Below, one piece after another: positions 28,975 through 37,780 of a stretch of 64,000 bases of DNA (positions within the stretch are counted from its first letter, which is position 1; every line of letters begins with the position of its first letter). The notes beneath the pieces are model-generated. The model did not search any database. It saw only the letters and a list, made by a program, of their open reading frames with translations, and was not told where the DNA came from. Location of the stretch: assembly GCA_042219475.1 (NCBI GenBank), contig JBDGPX010000007.1, positions 30,433 to 94,432 of the forward strand. Reading direction: 5' to 3'. A program made the translations under genes and the position numbers. The DNA is from Halobacteriales archaeon. Its GTDB lineage: Archaea; Halobacteriota; Halobacteria; Halobacteriales; Hikarchaeaceae.

Positions 28975-29030
28975 CGGTCGGCGAGCGGCGTCGTTATCGG
29001 TCCGAGCGAGTACCGGATTCATTCACTTCG
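28975..29030 (+). repeat. partial copy of the GC-rich repeat family (B2/C-type module)
   Basis: GGCGAGCGGCGT...CCGAGCGAGTA...ATTCACT parallels GAGCGAGCGCGT...CGAGCGAGTA...AGTTCACT at 37737-37780. Confidence 0.4.
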
Positions 29031-29099
29031 AGAATCACCGAGTCGTTCCCGAACCCGGGTGATTAACACCTCTCGCCGGGATAGCCTTGGGCGAGATCC

Positions 29100-29648
29100 A
29101 TGGTGGCACTTGCTGCCGTTATCGCGACGGCGATCTGGGCGATGCTGCCCGCGTACGTTCCCAACAACGCTGCCGTTCTGGTGGGAGGGGGACCGCCGAT
29201 CGATGGTGGGCGCTCCTGGCGGGGGCGCCGCCTTCTCGGTGACGGCAAGACCTGGCGGGGGACTGTTGGTGGAATCGTCGCCGGCGCCCTGTTGGCGGCG
29301 CTTCTGAACGGAGTGGTCACCCCCGCTTCGACTTTTCTCGGCGTTGACTTCCCGTCGTTTCCGATCCGAGCGGCCATCGGACTCCCGGCTGGAGCGATGC
29401 TCGGGGATATCACTGCCTCGTTTCTCAAGCGACGAACCGGCCGCGAACGCGGTGCCGCCTTCCCCGGCCTCGATCAACTTGATTTCGTCCTTGGGGCGCT
29501 CGTGATCGCGGCGTTGCTCGCCCCCGGCTGGACGATACGGGTGTTCACCCTCCCGGTGGTGGTGACCGTGCTGATCATCACGCCGTTGTTACATGTCCTT
29601 ACGAACGTGATCGCCTACGGGCTCGGTCTCAAAAACGAGCCCTGGTAA
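29100..29648 (+). CDS. carS: CDP-2,3-bis-(O-geranylgeranyl)-sn-glycerol (CDP-archaeol) synthase
   Basis: 182-aa membrane protein. [14 protein letters not shown] and [10 protein letters not shown] motifs typical of CarS/DUF46. Confidence 0.85.
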   Translation: MVALAAVIATAIWAMLPAYVPNNAAVLVGGGPPIDGGRSWRGRRLLGDGKTWRGTVGGIVAGALLAALLNGVVTPASTFLGVDFPSFPIRAAIGLPAGAMLGDITASFLKRRTGRERGAAFPGLDQLDFVLGALVIAALLAPGWTIRVFTLPVVVTVLIITPLLHVLTNVIAYGLGLKNEPW

Positions 29649-29737
29649 CCTGGTTTGAGTCGATCGGCGAATCGATGATCGACGTTGTACTGCGCTGATC
29701 GCGGCGTTTATACCCTCTCCACCACCGATGTCGACCG

Positions 29738-30277
29738 ATGGCCGATCAGGAACTCATCGATGCATTGCGTACGGCTGATGCCGTCAAATTCGGCGAATTC
29801 GAACTCTCCCATGGCGGGACGAGCAACTACTACGTGGACAAATATCTCTTCGAGACCGATCCTCGCTGTCTTCGGTTGCTCGCGAAAGCGTTCGCTGATC
29901 GCGTCGGAGAGACGAAACTCGCTGGCGTCGCCCTGGGAGCTGTTCCGTTGGTCGCCGTGATCGCGGCCGAGACGGGTAATCCCTACGTCATCGCCCGGAA
30001 GGCTGCCAAGGATTACGGCACGGGCAATCGTATCGAGGGCCGGCTCGATCCCGGTGACCGGGTCGTCGTCATCGAGGACATCGCCACCACCGGCACCAGC
30101 GCGATCGAGGCCGTCGAAGCGCTTCGGGAGGCCGGCGCCGAGGTGGATCGTGTCATTGTAGTTGTAGATCGTGAGGAGGGCGCCAAAGCAAATCTCGCCG
30201 CCCACGATATCGAACTCGAATCGTTGCTGACGGCCTCGGATCTGCTCGCCGCCGAGGAACCTGATCCTGGCGACTAG
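29738..30277 (+). CDS. pyrE: orotate phosphoribosyltransferase
   Basis: 179 aa. PRPP-binding motif [15 protein letters not shown]-terminus [17 protein letters not shown]. Confidence 0.9.
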   Translation: MADQELIDALRTADAVKFGEFELSHGGTSNYYVDKYLFETDPRCLRLLAKAFADRVGETKLAGVALGAVPLVAVIAAETGNPYVIARKAAKDYGTGNRIEGRLDPGDRVVVIEDIATTGTSAIEAVEALREAGAEVDRVIVVVDREEGAKANLAAHDIELESLLTASDLLAAEEPDPGD

Positions 30278-30403
30278 CGCTGTCACTCTGTTTTCACCCG
30301 ATTAGGTGTCCCATCTACCAAGCGACGGCGTTACGTAATCGTGTATATTTTCTCGAGTAAAATGACCATGATATTCATACTTGTGGGATCGTGCATATCG
30401 TGT

Positions 30404-31117
30404 ATGAACCGCGTTGAGAAGGCCACCCTCCAACTCCGGGCGGTGGAGATCCTCCGGGTCCTCAAAGAACATCGGACTTACGAGGAGCTGGCCGCGGTGA
30501 CTGATCTGCCGGCCGGTGATCTCAACCGGTATGTCAACGGCCACGTCCTCCCGGGGCTTGATCGCGCCGCCCGGATCGTTGGTGATTTGGGACGTGAACT
30601 GCTCGCTGACGAGCTCAAGGCCCGGATCCGGACGGATGCTGACGGCTACGTCGATACGACCGAGGCTGTCTTCGCACAGTCATTGTTGGATCTCGTCCCC
30701 GCCGTCGCAACCGAAACTAACGATTTCCAACGGCCGGATGTGGTGTTGACCGCCGCGACCGACGGGATCACTCTCGGCGCTGCCATGGCTCGACAGTTCG
30801 ACGCCCGATGTGCATATGCGAAAAAGACCAAAGAGACTGCCGTCGAGGAATTCATCGAGTCGCGCAAACGGCTCGAATCGGGGATCGAACTCACCTACTA
30901 TCTCCCGATGACGGCGATCGCCCCCAACGATGCTGTCCTAGTCGTCGATGACTTGATCCGCTCCGGCGAGACACAGGATATCTTGTTGAATATCATCGAA
31001 CGGGCCGGTGCGACGACTGTGGGTGTGTTTGCGTTGATTGCAGCCGGCGAAGAGGGACTTATCCGGACTCGAAACCGGGTCGATGCTCCGGTCGACGCCT
31101 TGGTCATCGTGGACTGA
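30404..31117 (+). CDS. HTH-PRTase fusion regulator (PyrE2/GfcR-like)
   Basis: N-terminal HTH (ILRVLKEHRTYEELAAVTDLPAGDLNRYVNGHVLP) fused to a phosphoribosyltransferase domain (VLVVDDLIRSGETQ). Confidence 0.75.
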   Translation: MNRVEKATLQLRAVEILRVLKEHRTYEELAAVTDLPAGDLNRYVNGHVLPGLDRAARIVGDLGRELLADELKARIRTDADGYVDTTEAVFAQSLLDLVPAVATETNDFQRPDVVLTAATDGITLGAAMARQFDARCAYAKKTKETAVEEFIESRKRLESGIELTYYLPMTAIAPNDAVLVVDDLIRSGETQDILLNIIERAGATTVGVFALIAAGEEGLIRTRNRVDAPVDALVIVD

Positions 31118-31208
31118 AATCTGATGTCTATACAATATCATGGATAATCTACCCGGAAAGTATATTAACGCTTAAGTTAGTCTCGTTTCGTTTGGCCGAA
31201 CGTATACC

Positions 31209-32642
31209 ATGGCTGTCAGTGACACCCTGGCGGAGTATTTCGGCTTCCGGGAGCATGGCACGGATCTTCGCACGGAGCTCCTCGCCGGGCTGACGACGTT
31301 TCTGACGATGTCGTACATCATCCTGGTGAACCCGCTCGTGTTGAGCGCCGCGATCACCGATGAGAAACTCGGCGTTCCCGAGGGACGAGCGATCCAGCTC
31401 CTCACTGTGGCTACCATCTTAGCGGCCGTCGCTGCGATGCTTGTGATGGCCTTTTACGCTAATCGACCATTCGGCCTGGCTTCGGGGATGGGGCTGAACG
31501 CCTTCTTCGTGATCGTGGTCACACAGATGGGCGTCTCCTGGCAGACGGCGTTCGCGGCCGTATTTGTTGAGGGGCTCATCTTCATTTTGCTGACGGCCAT
31601 CGGCGCCCGGGAGTACATCGTCCAACTGTTTCCGGAACCAGTCAAACGCTCGGTCGGCCCGGCGATCGGGCTGTTTCTCGCGTTCATCGGCCTGCAGTTC
31701 ATGCACATCATCGCTGCCGACGCGAACGATATCGTCCAGGTCAACCCGGTGCTCGCACAGGACCCCATCGCGATCCTGTCAGTATTTGGGATCTTCCTGA
31801 CGTTCGTACTCTACGCCCGGAACGTTCGGGGTGCGATCATTGTGGGCATCCTGACCGCGAGTGTCGCCGCCTACGCCGCCGCCGGTGCGGGGATCACGAA
31901 ATTCAGCGGTGAACTTCCGGCGGGGCTCGGACTTGCGTTCGCGACGTTCGCTCCGGGACTCCAGTCGGTCACGTACAGTACGGCGGCCTACGATATCTCG
32001 CCGTTATTGGGTGCTTTTCTCACCGGACTGACGAACGCCGAACCGCTGTCGTTTGCGCTTGTCGTCTTCACGTTCTTCTTTGTCGATTTCTTCGACACCG
32101 CCGGTACCGTCACGGGACTCGGTCAGGCGGCGGGCTTCCTGGATGAGGAGGGCAACCTCCGGGAGATGGACAAGCCACTGATGGCCGACGCGATCGGGAC
32201 CACCGTCGGAAGTATCGTCGGTACGTCGACGGTTACGACCTTCATCGAATCGTCCACCGGTATCGAGGAGGGTGGCCGGACCGGGATGGTTCCACTCGTC
32301 GTCTCGGGCTTGTTCCTCCTCGCGTTGATTTTCGTGCCGCTCGTCGCCGCGATCCCTTCCTTCGCGCCGTACGTCGCGTTCCTCGCGGTCGCTGTGTTCA
32401 TGTTCCAGAATATTACTGAGATCGAGTGGCACGATGTCACCCACGCCGTTCCGGCGACGCTTACTATTGCCTTGATGCCACTGACCCGCTCGATCTCACA
32501 GGGTATTGCCGCCGGCATCATCGCCTATCCCATCGTCGCGACCGCGGCCGGTCGAACGGAGGACGTTCGTCCCGGTCACTGGGTGCTCGCTGTCGCGTTC
32601 GTGATCTACTTCATTATCCGCACGGGCGGCTTCATTCGCTGA
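31209..32642 (+). CDS. NCS2 family purine permease (AzgA-like adenine/guanine/hypoxanthine transporter)
   Basis: 477 aa, polytopic. N-terminus YFGFREHGTDLRTELLAGLTTFLTMSYIILVNP is typical of AzgA-type permeases. Confidence 0.85.
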   Translation: MAVSDTLAEYFGFREHGTDLRTELLAGLTTFLTMSYIILVNPLVLSAAITDEKLGVPEGRAIQLLTVATILAAVAAMLVMAFYANRPFGLASGMGLNAFFVIVVTQMGVSWQTAFAAVFVEGLIFILLTAIGAREYIVQLFPEPVKRSVGPAIGLFLAFIGLQFMHIIAADANDIVQVNPVLAQDPIAILSVFGIFLTFVLYARNVRGAIIVGILTASVAAYAAAGAGITKFSGELPAGLGLAFATFAPGLQSVTYSTAAYDISPLLGAFLTGLTNAEPLSFALVVFTFFFVDFFDTAGTVTGLGQAAGFLDEEGNLREMDKPLMADAIGTTVGSIVGTSTVTTFIESSTGIEEGGRTGMVPLVVSGLFLLALIFVPLVAAIPSFAPYVAFLAVAVFMFQNITEIEWHDVTHAVPATLTIALMPLTRSISQGIAAGIIAYPIVATAAGRTEDVRPGHWVLAVAFVIYFIIRTGGFIR

Positions 32643-32723
32643 TCCTTCCGATCGCCGTTTCGGAATCGGCCCTGGATAGGAAGATACTCAACGATCCATT
32701 CCCTTCTCCCGCCGAGATCCCGG

Positions 32724-34139
32724 ATGAAGCCGAGTGCCCTCCCTCGCCGTTGGTTGGTTCGAGGTGCTGTCGTGGTCGTAATCCTGTTGTTGTTGACCCC
32801 CGCGGCCATCTCGGCGGCGACCTACGAGGACGAGGAGAACGCCCTCCGTGCCGGTGCCATCCGCCAGCCGGCAAACGGATCGACCGTCGTCGGCGTCCAG
32901 GGCTTTCATTTCCGTGGGGAGGGAGCGACGAAAAAGCCCGCCCGGTTGGTTGCCTTCGGTCCCCGCGGGGATGTCCAGTGGCGGTATAACGGTAGCAAGG
33001 CCGGTGCCCGTTGGTTCTACGATGTCGATCCGCTGCCATCGGGGAACGTCCTCGTCTCGGCGACGAATCCGGATGGGACACTCGTGATGGCGATCGATCC
33101 CGATACTCAGGAGCCGGTCTGGATCGAGCGGCTTGACGCCCATGACACCCACGATGTCGATCTGATCAACGGCGATCAGTTGCTGGTCGCCAACATGCGC
33201 AACTACAACGACACGACCGGGCGCAACAACGACCGGATTTTCATCTACGACCGATCGAAGGAGACGATCGTCTGGGAGTGGAAGTTCCGCAATCACGGGT
33301 ATTCGGCCGACGGTGGCGGTACCTATCGGGGAGATAACGACGACTGGACCCACGTCAACGACGTCGATAAGATCGGCGACGGTCGCTATCTCGTCTCACC
33401 GCGGAACTTCGATCAGGTGATCGTGGTCGACCGGGCGACGAAGAACATCACCCGCCGGCTGGGTGCCGATGATGATCACGATACCCTCCACGAACAGCAC
33501 AATCCGCAATACCTGGAATCGGAGGACGGAACACCCACGATCCTGGTCGCCGATAGCGAGAACGACCGGATCGTTGAATACGCCTATCGCGATGGCGAGT
33601 GGGTCGAAACCTGGGAGTTGGGCGGCCCCGAGGTGTTTTCCTGGCCCCGGGATGCCGATCGGCTCCCAAACGGGAATACCCTCGTTGTCGATTCGTTGAA
33701 CCATCGGGTCATCGAAGTCACGCCGACCGGACAGATCGTCTGGGAGGTCTATGCTCCCTGGGGGACCTACGACGCCGAACGGACCGTCTATGGTGACGAG
33801 GGATCCGCCGTGGATGACCTGCCGACGATCGACGATCTGAACGCTTCCGGGACGTACTCCATCCGGGGTAGTGCCGGTCTCGTCCCCGGGACCGGCGACC
33901 GTCTGACCGTCTCTCAGCGGCTCATACGGGCGTTCGCGGGTACCCCATTAGAAGCGCAGGCCCGGTGGTTCGCCAGTCGATGGGCCCACATCGCGCCGTG
34001 GATCTATCCGGCCTGGATGTCCGGCTGGGATTTCCTCTGGGCCCTTCTTGCCGGCCTCCTTCTCGCCGGCTGGATCGCCACCGAGGCCGTCTACAATCGA
34101 CATCGAATCGTCGACGGATACCGGCGACATCTCTCCTGA
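32724..34139 (+). CDS. arylsulfotransferase (ASST)-like beta-propeller protein, membrane anchored
   Basis: 471 aa. N-terminal signal/anchor (RRWLVRGAVVVVILLLL) and a C-terminal TM. Repeated propeller-like segments (NGNTLVVDSLNHRVIEV, DRIVEYAYRDGEW). Confidence 0.6.
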   Translation: MKPSALPRRWLVRGAVVVVILLLLTPAAISAATYEDEENALRAGAIRQPANGSTVVGVQGFHFRGEGATKKPARLVAFGPRGDVQWRYNGSKAGARWFYDVDPLPSGNVLVSATNPDGTLVMAIDPDTQEPVWIERLDAHDTHDVDLINGDQLLVANMRNYNDTTGRNNDRIFIYDRSKETIVWEWKFRNHGYSADGGGTYRGDNDDWTHVNDVDKIGDGRYLVSPRNFDQVIVVDRATKNITRRLGADDDHDTLHEQHNPQYLESEDGTPTILVADSENDRIVEYAYRDGEWVETWELGGPEVFSWPRDADRLPNGNTLVVDSLNHRVIEVTPTGQIVWEVYAPWGTYDAERTVYGDEGSAVDDLPTIDDLNASGTYSIRGSAGLVPGTGDRLTVSQRLIRAFAGTPLEAQARWFASRWAHIAPWIYPAWMSGWDFLWALLAGLLLAGWIATEAVYNRHRIVDGYRRHLS

Positions 34140-34177
34140 CCGTTACCCTCATCCGTCTGTTTCCCGTACCCTCTCCC

Positions 34178-34444
34178 ATGTCGGAACCAACCCTCGAACT
34201 CTACGAACTCCCCGGCTGTCCGTACTGTGCGAAAGTCAAAGACAAGTTGGCTGAACTCGATATCGAATACGTCTCTCACGAGGTCCCATCGGCCCACAGC
34301 GAACGCACCGAAGTCGAAGCGGTCAGTGGTCAGACCGGCGTCCCGGTGTTGGTCGATAAAAAACATGGCATCGACGGCATGCCGGAAAGCGATGACATCG
34401 TCGAGTACTTAGAGAAGACCTACGGTAACGGCGCGAGCGCCTGA
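34178..34444 (+). CDS. glutaredoxin
   Basis: 88 aa from ATG 34178. CPYC active site. TGVPVLV motif. Confidence 0.85.
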   Translation: MSEPTLELYELPGCPYCAKVKDKLAELDIEYVSHEVPSAHSERTEVEAVSGQTGVPVLVDKKHGIDGMPESDDIVEYLEKTYGNGASA

Positions 34445-34484
34445 TCGCCGATCTGGCAGTAGTCGTTCTCAACGACCGCCCCGA

Positions 34485-34739
34485 CCGATAGCCGCTGTTG
34501 TTAGCTTGTGCGGTGTGGGGGGCTAAGCCTCCTTCCTCAACGGAGCGGCCGAAGGGACCGCAGTCGGGAGGGAATACAATCAATACGGCGCCCGTCACCG
34601 GCTTACTTTCGACGCAAGCCGACCGTCCGTGAAAAAGCGTGTCGCGGAAGCAGGAAGCCCCACCAAAAGCGAGCGCGTCAGTGCGAGCAGGGTGGAGGAG
34701 TTCACTGACGGTGTTGTTAGCTCAACCAACGGCTATCGG
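34485..34739 (+). repeat. GC-rich hairpin repeat, copy B, bracketed by an 11-bp direct repeat and a 10-bp inverted repeat (MITE-like)
   Basis: CCGATAGCCG (34485-34494) and CGGCTATCGG (34730-34739). TGTTGTTAGCT at 34496-34506 and 34712-34722. Internal modules B1 (34515-34600) and B2 (34655-34707) recur elsewhere in the window. Confidence 0.65.
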
Positions 34740-34808
34740 TGACTAGCTCTCCGATTCTGGTACTCGCTTGGATGCGGAGCGATCCCGTCGTGTTACCGGA
34801 TCGTGAGA

Positions 34809-35774
34809 TCAGGGGTCGGCCGTTTCACTGCGTTCCCGGATCAGGTCGTGGAGTTCCTCGGATTCCTCGATGTTCTCGACCTCCTCCTGTTCGACCAGTG
34901 CGGTCCCGTCGACGGATTCGCGTTTTGTCTCGTCGACGAAGTACACAGAATGGGTGCGGGTCACTTGGCCGATCGAGGACATGATACGGGCGCGTTTTTC
35001 GGCGGTCTTGTTGAGTTTGGAGTGTCCCGTCAGCAGCATCGGGTCGTCCCGTTCGGCGTCCTCGCTGACGGTCTTGAACGGTGCCCGCATCGTCGGATGG
35101 ACGATGAACCCGACCCGTGTGAGGAGATGGACGATGTGGTCGTCGTCGGGATCGGCGGGATCACCGGGGGTTGATTCATCGGTTTCACGGATCTCCTCGA
35201 GATCATCAAAGACGTCGATGGGGCTGGTCAGATCATCGCCGAACATCTCCTCGAGCTGCATCGCGATATCGACGCTGGCGTCCATTCCATCCTCATACTT
35301 TGAGACGGTCCGGCGGGAGACGCCGAGTTCGTTGGCGAGCCGGCCAAGGCTCCAGCCGCGGGCCTCCCGCTCCTCGGCAAGGATGTCGCCGTCGACGTTG
35401 ACGTACAGCCCGCCGGGAGCCGCGTAAATCAGCGGTGGGAGATCCTCGATGAAGAAGTTGAACGCGGTATCGGGGCTGAGTACCGGGACGCCGTGACGGA
35501 AGTAGACCACGCCCGGGTCGAGTTCCTTATCTCGGGTGCGGAGCCCGATCACGATCGGGGTCGCCTCGAGGAACTCCCCCAGCCGGCGCATCTCCGTTCC
35601 GGTCGGGGCATCGAAGGCGTCGATGTTCCCGAGGATCTTCAAAAGGAGGAGATCATCGCCCCGCCGTGCGGCGAGGTCGAAGCTCTTGGGGCGGATCGAA
35701 CACCGATCACTCACGGCGAACCCCGCGTCCTCGAGCATCGCGGTGACGTTCCCGACAAGTGCGGAACGGGACAT
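34809..35774 (-). CDS. archaeal XRE-type HTH transcriptional regulator (COG1395-like)
   Basis: [24 protein letters not shown] in the centre of a conserved archaeal two-domain protein. ATG 35774 preferred. Confidence 0.7.
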   Translation of the reverse strand: MSRSALVGNVTAMLEDAGFAVSDRCSIRPKSFDLAARRGDDLLLLKILGNIDAFDAPTGTEMRRLGEFLEATPIVIGLRTRDKELDPGVVYFRHGVPVLSPDTAFNFFIEDLPPLIYAAPGGLYVNVDGDILAEEREARGWSLGRLANELGVSRRTVSKYEDGMDASVDIAMQLEEMFGDDLTSPIDVFDDLEEIRETDESTPGDPADPDDDHIVHLLTRVGFIVHPTMRAPFKTVSEDAERDDPMLLTGHSKLNKTAEKRARIMSSIGQVTRTHSVYFVDETKRESVDGTALVEQEEVENIEESEELHDLIRERSETADP

Positions 35775-35901
35775 GATACTATTCGAGATGACATAAGTCA
35801 TCAAAACATATATAAATTGTGTCTACTGCAACCGTGCTATCAGGCGATTTTTCTGCCGCGGTCCTTGAAAGGATTAAACCGGGGAGACGGCCTATACAGG
35901 A

Positions 35902-37182
35902 TTGATGACAATCATCGGCATCGACGATACCGACTCCCGCGAGCGAGGGATGTGCACCACGTATCTCGCCGCCCGGATCGCCGATCGGATCGAGTCGATG
36001 CCCGCGGCGACCGTTGATCGCTGTCTCCTCGTCCGGTGTACACCGGGGGTCGAACACAAGACCCGGGGGAACGCCGCACTCGCCGTCCACGCCGATCTCG
36101 ATGCCGCCACCGCATTCGAACTCGCCGCCGAGGAACTGACGGATATCGCCGAGGTGGCCGATCCCCGGACTAATCCGGGGCTGGTGGTCGCTCCGCATTC
36201 TCCGGCGGACATCCCCGACTCGGTTGCCAGCTTCGCCCGTGAGGCGATGCGAGATATCCACGACCTCGCGGCCGCTCGTGATCTGATCGCGGCCCACGAT
36301 TACCGATCGAACGGGTGGGGAAACGGCCGCGGTCGGATCGGCGCGCTCGCCGCTGTCGGCGCGTGGGCCGCCCGCGAGGAGTGGACCTACGAACTGATCG
36401 CCTACCGGGAATCGGATCGCTGGGGCACCGAACGGACCGTCGATCGTGACTCCGTCTTTGCGGCTGCCGAGGCGTTCTATCCCGATGCTTGGGATACGGT
36501 CGATCGGATCGAGGGTGAGGCCGTCTGTGTTCCTCACACGCCGGGGCCGCTGCTCTACGGAATCCGTGGGGACGATCCCGACGCAGTCCGTGCGTTGGCT
36601 GATCGAATCGATACCGAACCGATCGAGCGCACCCGGCTGTTCGTGACGAACCAGGGCACTGATGCCCATCTCCAATCGGGAACGATCGGTGACATCCAGG
36701 ACCGACGGGCCTATCGGCTCTCCGGGACCGTCGTCACGACTCCGGAGACTCGACGGGGTGGCCACGTCTTCTTTGAGTTCCGGGCCGACGATCGGGACGC
36801 GAGTCTGCAGTGTGCGGCCTTCGAGCCGACCAAACGGTTCCGGGATCGGGTCCGCAAGCTCCGGGTTGGTGATCGACTCACAGTCTGTGGTGGTGTTCGC
36901 GACGGGACGCTCAAACTCGAGAAATTCGCCCTGCGGGATCGTCGGATGACGGAACGAGTCACACCGACCTGTTCCGAGTGTGGGAACCGGATGGAAAGCG
37001 CCGGTGCCGAGCAAGGGTATCGGTGCCGATCCTGTGGAACGACCACTCCCGGGAAGACCGAACAGCCGATCGATCGGGAGCTTGAGGTGGGCTGGTATGA
37101 GGTTCCACCATGTGCCCGCCGCCACATCGCCAAACCGCTGATCCGAGGTGGCTTTGACGCCCCAACACATCCCGAGCGGTGA
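35902..37182 (+). CDS. tiaS: tRNA(Ile2) 2-agmatinylcytidine synthetase
   Basis: 426 aa. N-terminus MTIIGIDDTDSRERGMCTTYLA and C-terminal zinc ribbon CSECG...CRSCG. Confidence 0.85.
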   Translation: MMTIIGIDDTDSRERGMCTTYLAARIADRIESMPAATVDRCLLVRCTPGVEHKTRGNAALAVHADLDAATAFELAAEELTDIAEVADPRTNPGLVVAPHSPADIPDSVASFAREAMRDIHDLAAARDLIAAHDYRSNGWGNGRGRIGALAAVGAWAAREEWTYELIAYRESDRWGTERTVDRDSVFAAAEAFYPDAWDTVDRIEGEAVCVPHTPGPLLYGIRGDDPDAVRALADRIDTEPIERTRLFVTNQGTDAHLQSGTIGDIQDRRAYRLSGTVVTTPETRRGGHVFFEFRADDRDASLQCAAFEPTKRFRDRVRKLRVGDRLTVCGGVRDGTLKLEKFALRDRRMTERVTPTCSECGNRMESAGAEQGYRCRSCGTTTPGKTEQPIDRELEVGWYEVPPCARRHIAKPLIRGGFDAPTHPER

Positions 37183-37228
37183 CTATCGGATCCTTGGAAG
37201 CAACGCGTATGGGCCTCGAACATAGAGG

Positions 37229-37720
37229 GTGACTATGACCGACGACGGATCCATGGACGGGATGGTCACGCTCGAGCCGATCGGCACGGTCAGCTCGCCA
37301 CGCACCGAGAAACGCGACGACCACTGGGGGGATGTCGTCGCCGAGATCGAACTCGCCGATCGCTTTGATCCGGAGGCACTGGCTGGCCTGGAGACGTTCT
37401 CCCACGTCGAGGTGGTCTTCTACATGCATCGTGTTCGGGCGGACGGTATCGAGAACGGCGCCCGCCATCCACGGAACAACACCGATTGGCCGAAGCTCGG
37501 TATTTTCGCCCAGCGGGCCAAAGGCCGACCGAACCGGATCGGCCTCTCACGGTGTGCAGTAATCGCTGTCGAGGACCGTCGTCTCCGTGTCAAAGCACTC
37601 GATGCGATCGACGGGACACCCGTCCTCGACATCAAACCCTACATGCGGGAGTTCGGTCCCCGGGGTAAGGTGACTCAACCAGCGTGGGTTAGTGAACTCA
37701 TGGCCGAATACTACGATTGA
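37229..37720 (+). CDS. trmO: TsaA/TrmO family SAM-dependent methyltransferase
   Basis: LEPIGTVSSPR, FSHVEVVFYMH, RPNRIGLSRCAVI and DGTPVLDIKPY motifs. Start is GTG 37229 or ATG 37235. Confidence 0.8.
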   Translation: MTMTDDGSMDGMVTLEPIGTVSSPRTEKRDDHWGDVVAEIELADRFDPEALAGLETFSHVEVVFYMHRVRADGIENGARHPRNNTDWPKLGIFAQRAKGRPNRIGLSRCAVIAVEDRRLRVKALDAIDGTPVLDIKPYMREFGPRGKVTQPAWVSELMAEYYD

Positions 37721-37780
37721 TCGACCCTGCCTCAAGGAGCGAGCGCGTTAGCACGAGCGAGTAGGCAGGGGTAGTTCACT
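37691..37780. repeat. composite palindrome (repeat copy C) spanning the 3' ends of convergent trmO and thrC; likely bidirectional terminator
   Basis: Outer IR AGTGAACT (37691-37698) / AGTTCACT (37773-37780). Inner perfect stem CCCTGCCT (37725-37732) / AGGCAGGG (37763-37770). The loop matches module B2 (AGCGAGCGCGT.AG..CGAGC). Confidence 0.6.

Noticed and set aside
34508-34708. 66-aa ORF inside repeat copy B
   Set aside because: The sequence is strongly basic (R/K-rich), unlike the acidic proteome. It spans repeat modules that are non-coding at their other sites.
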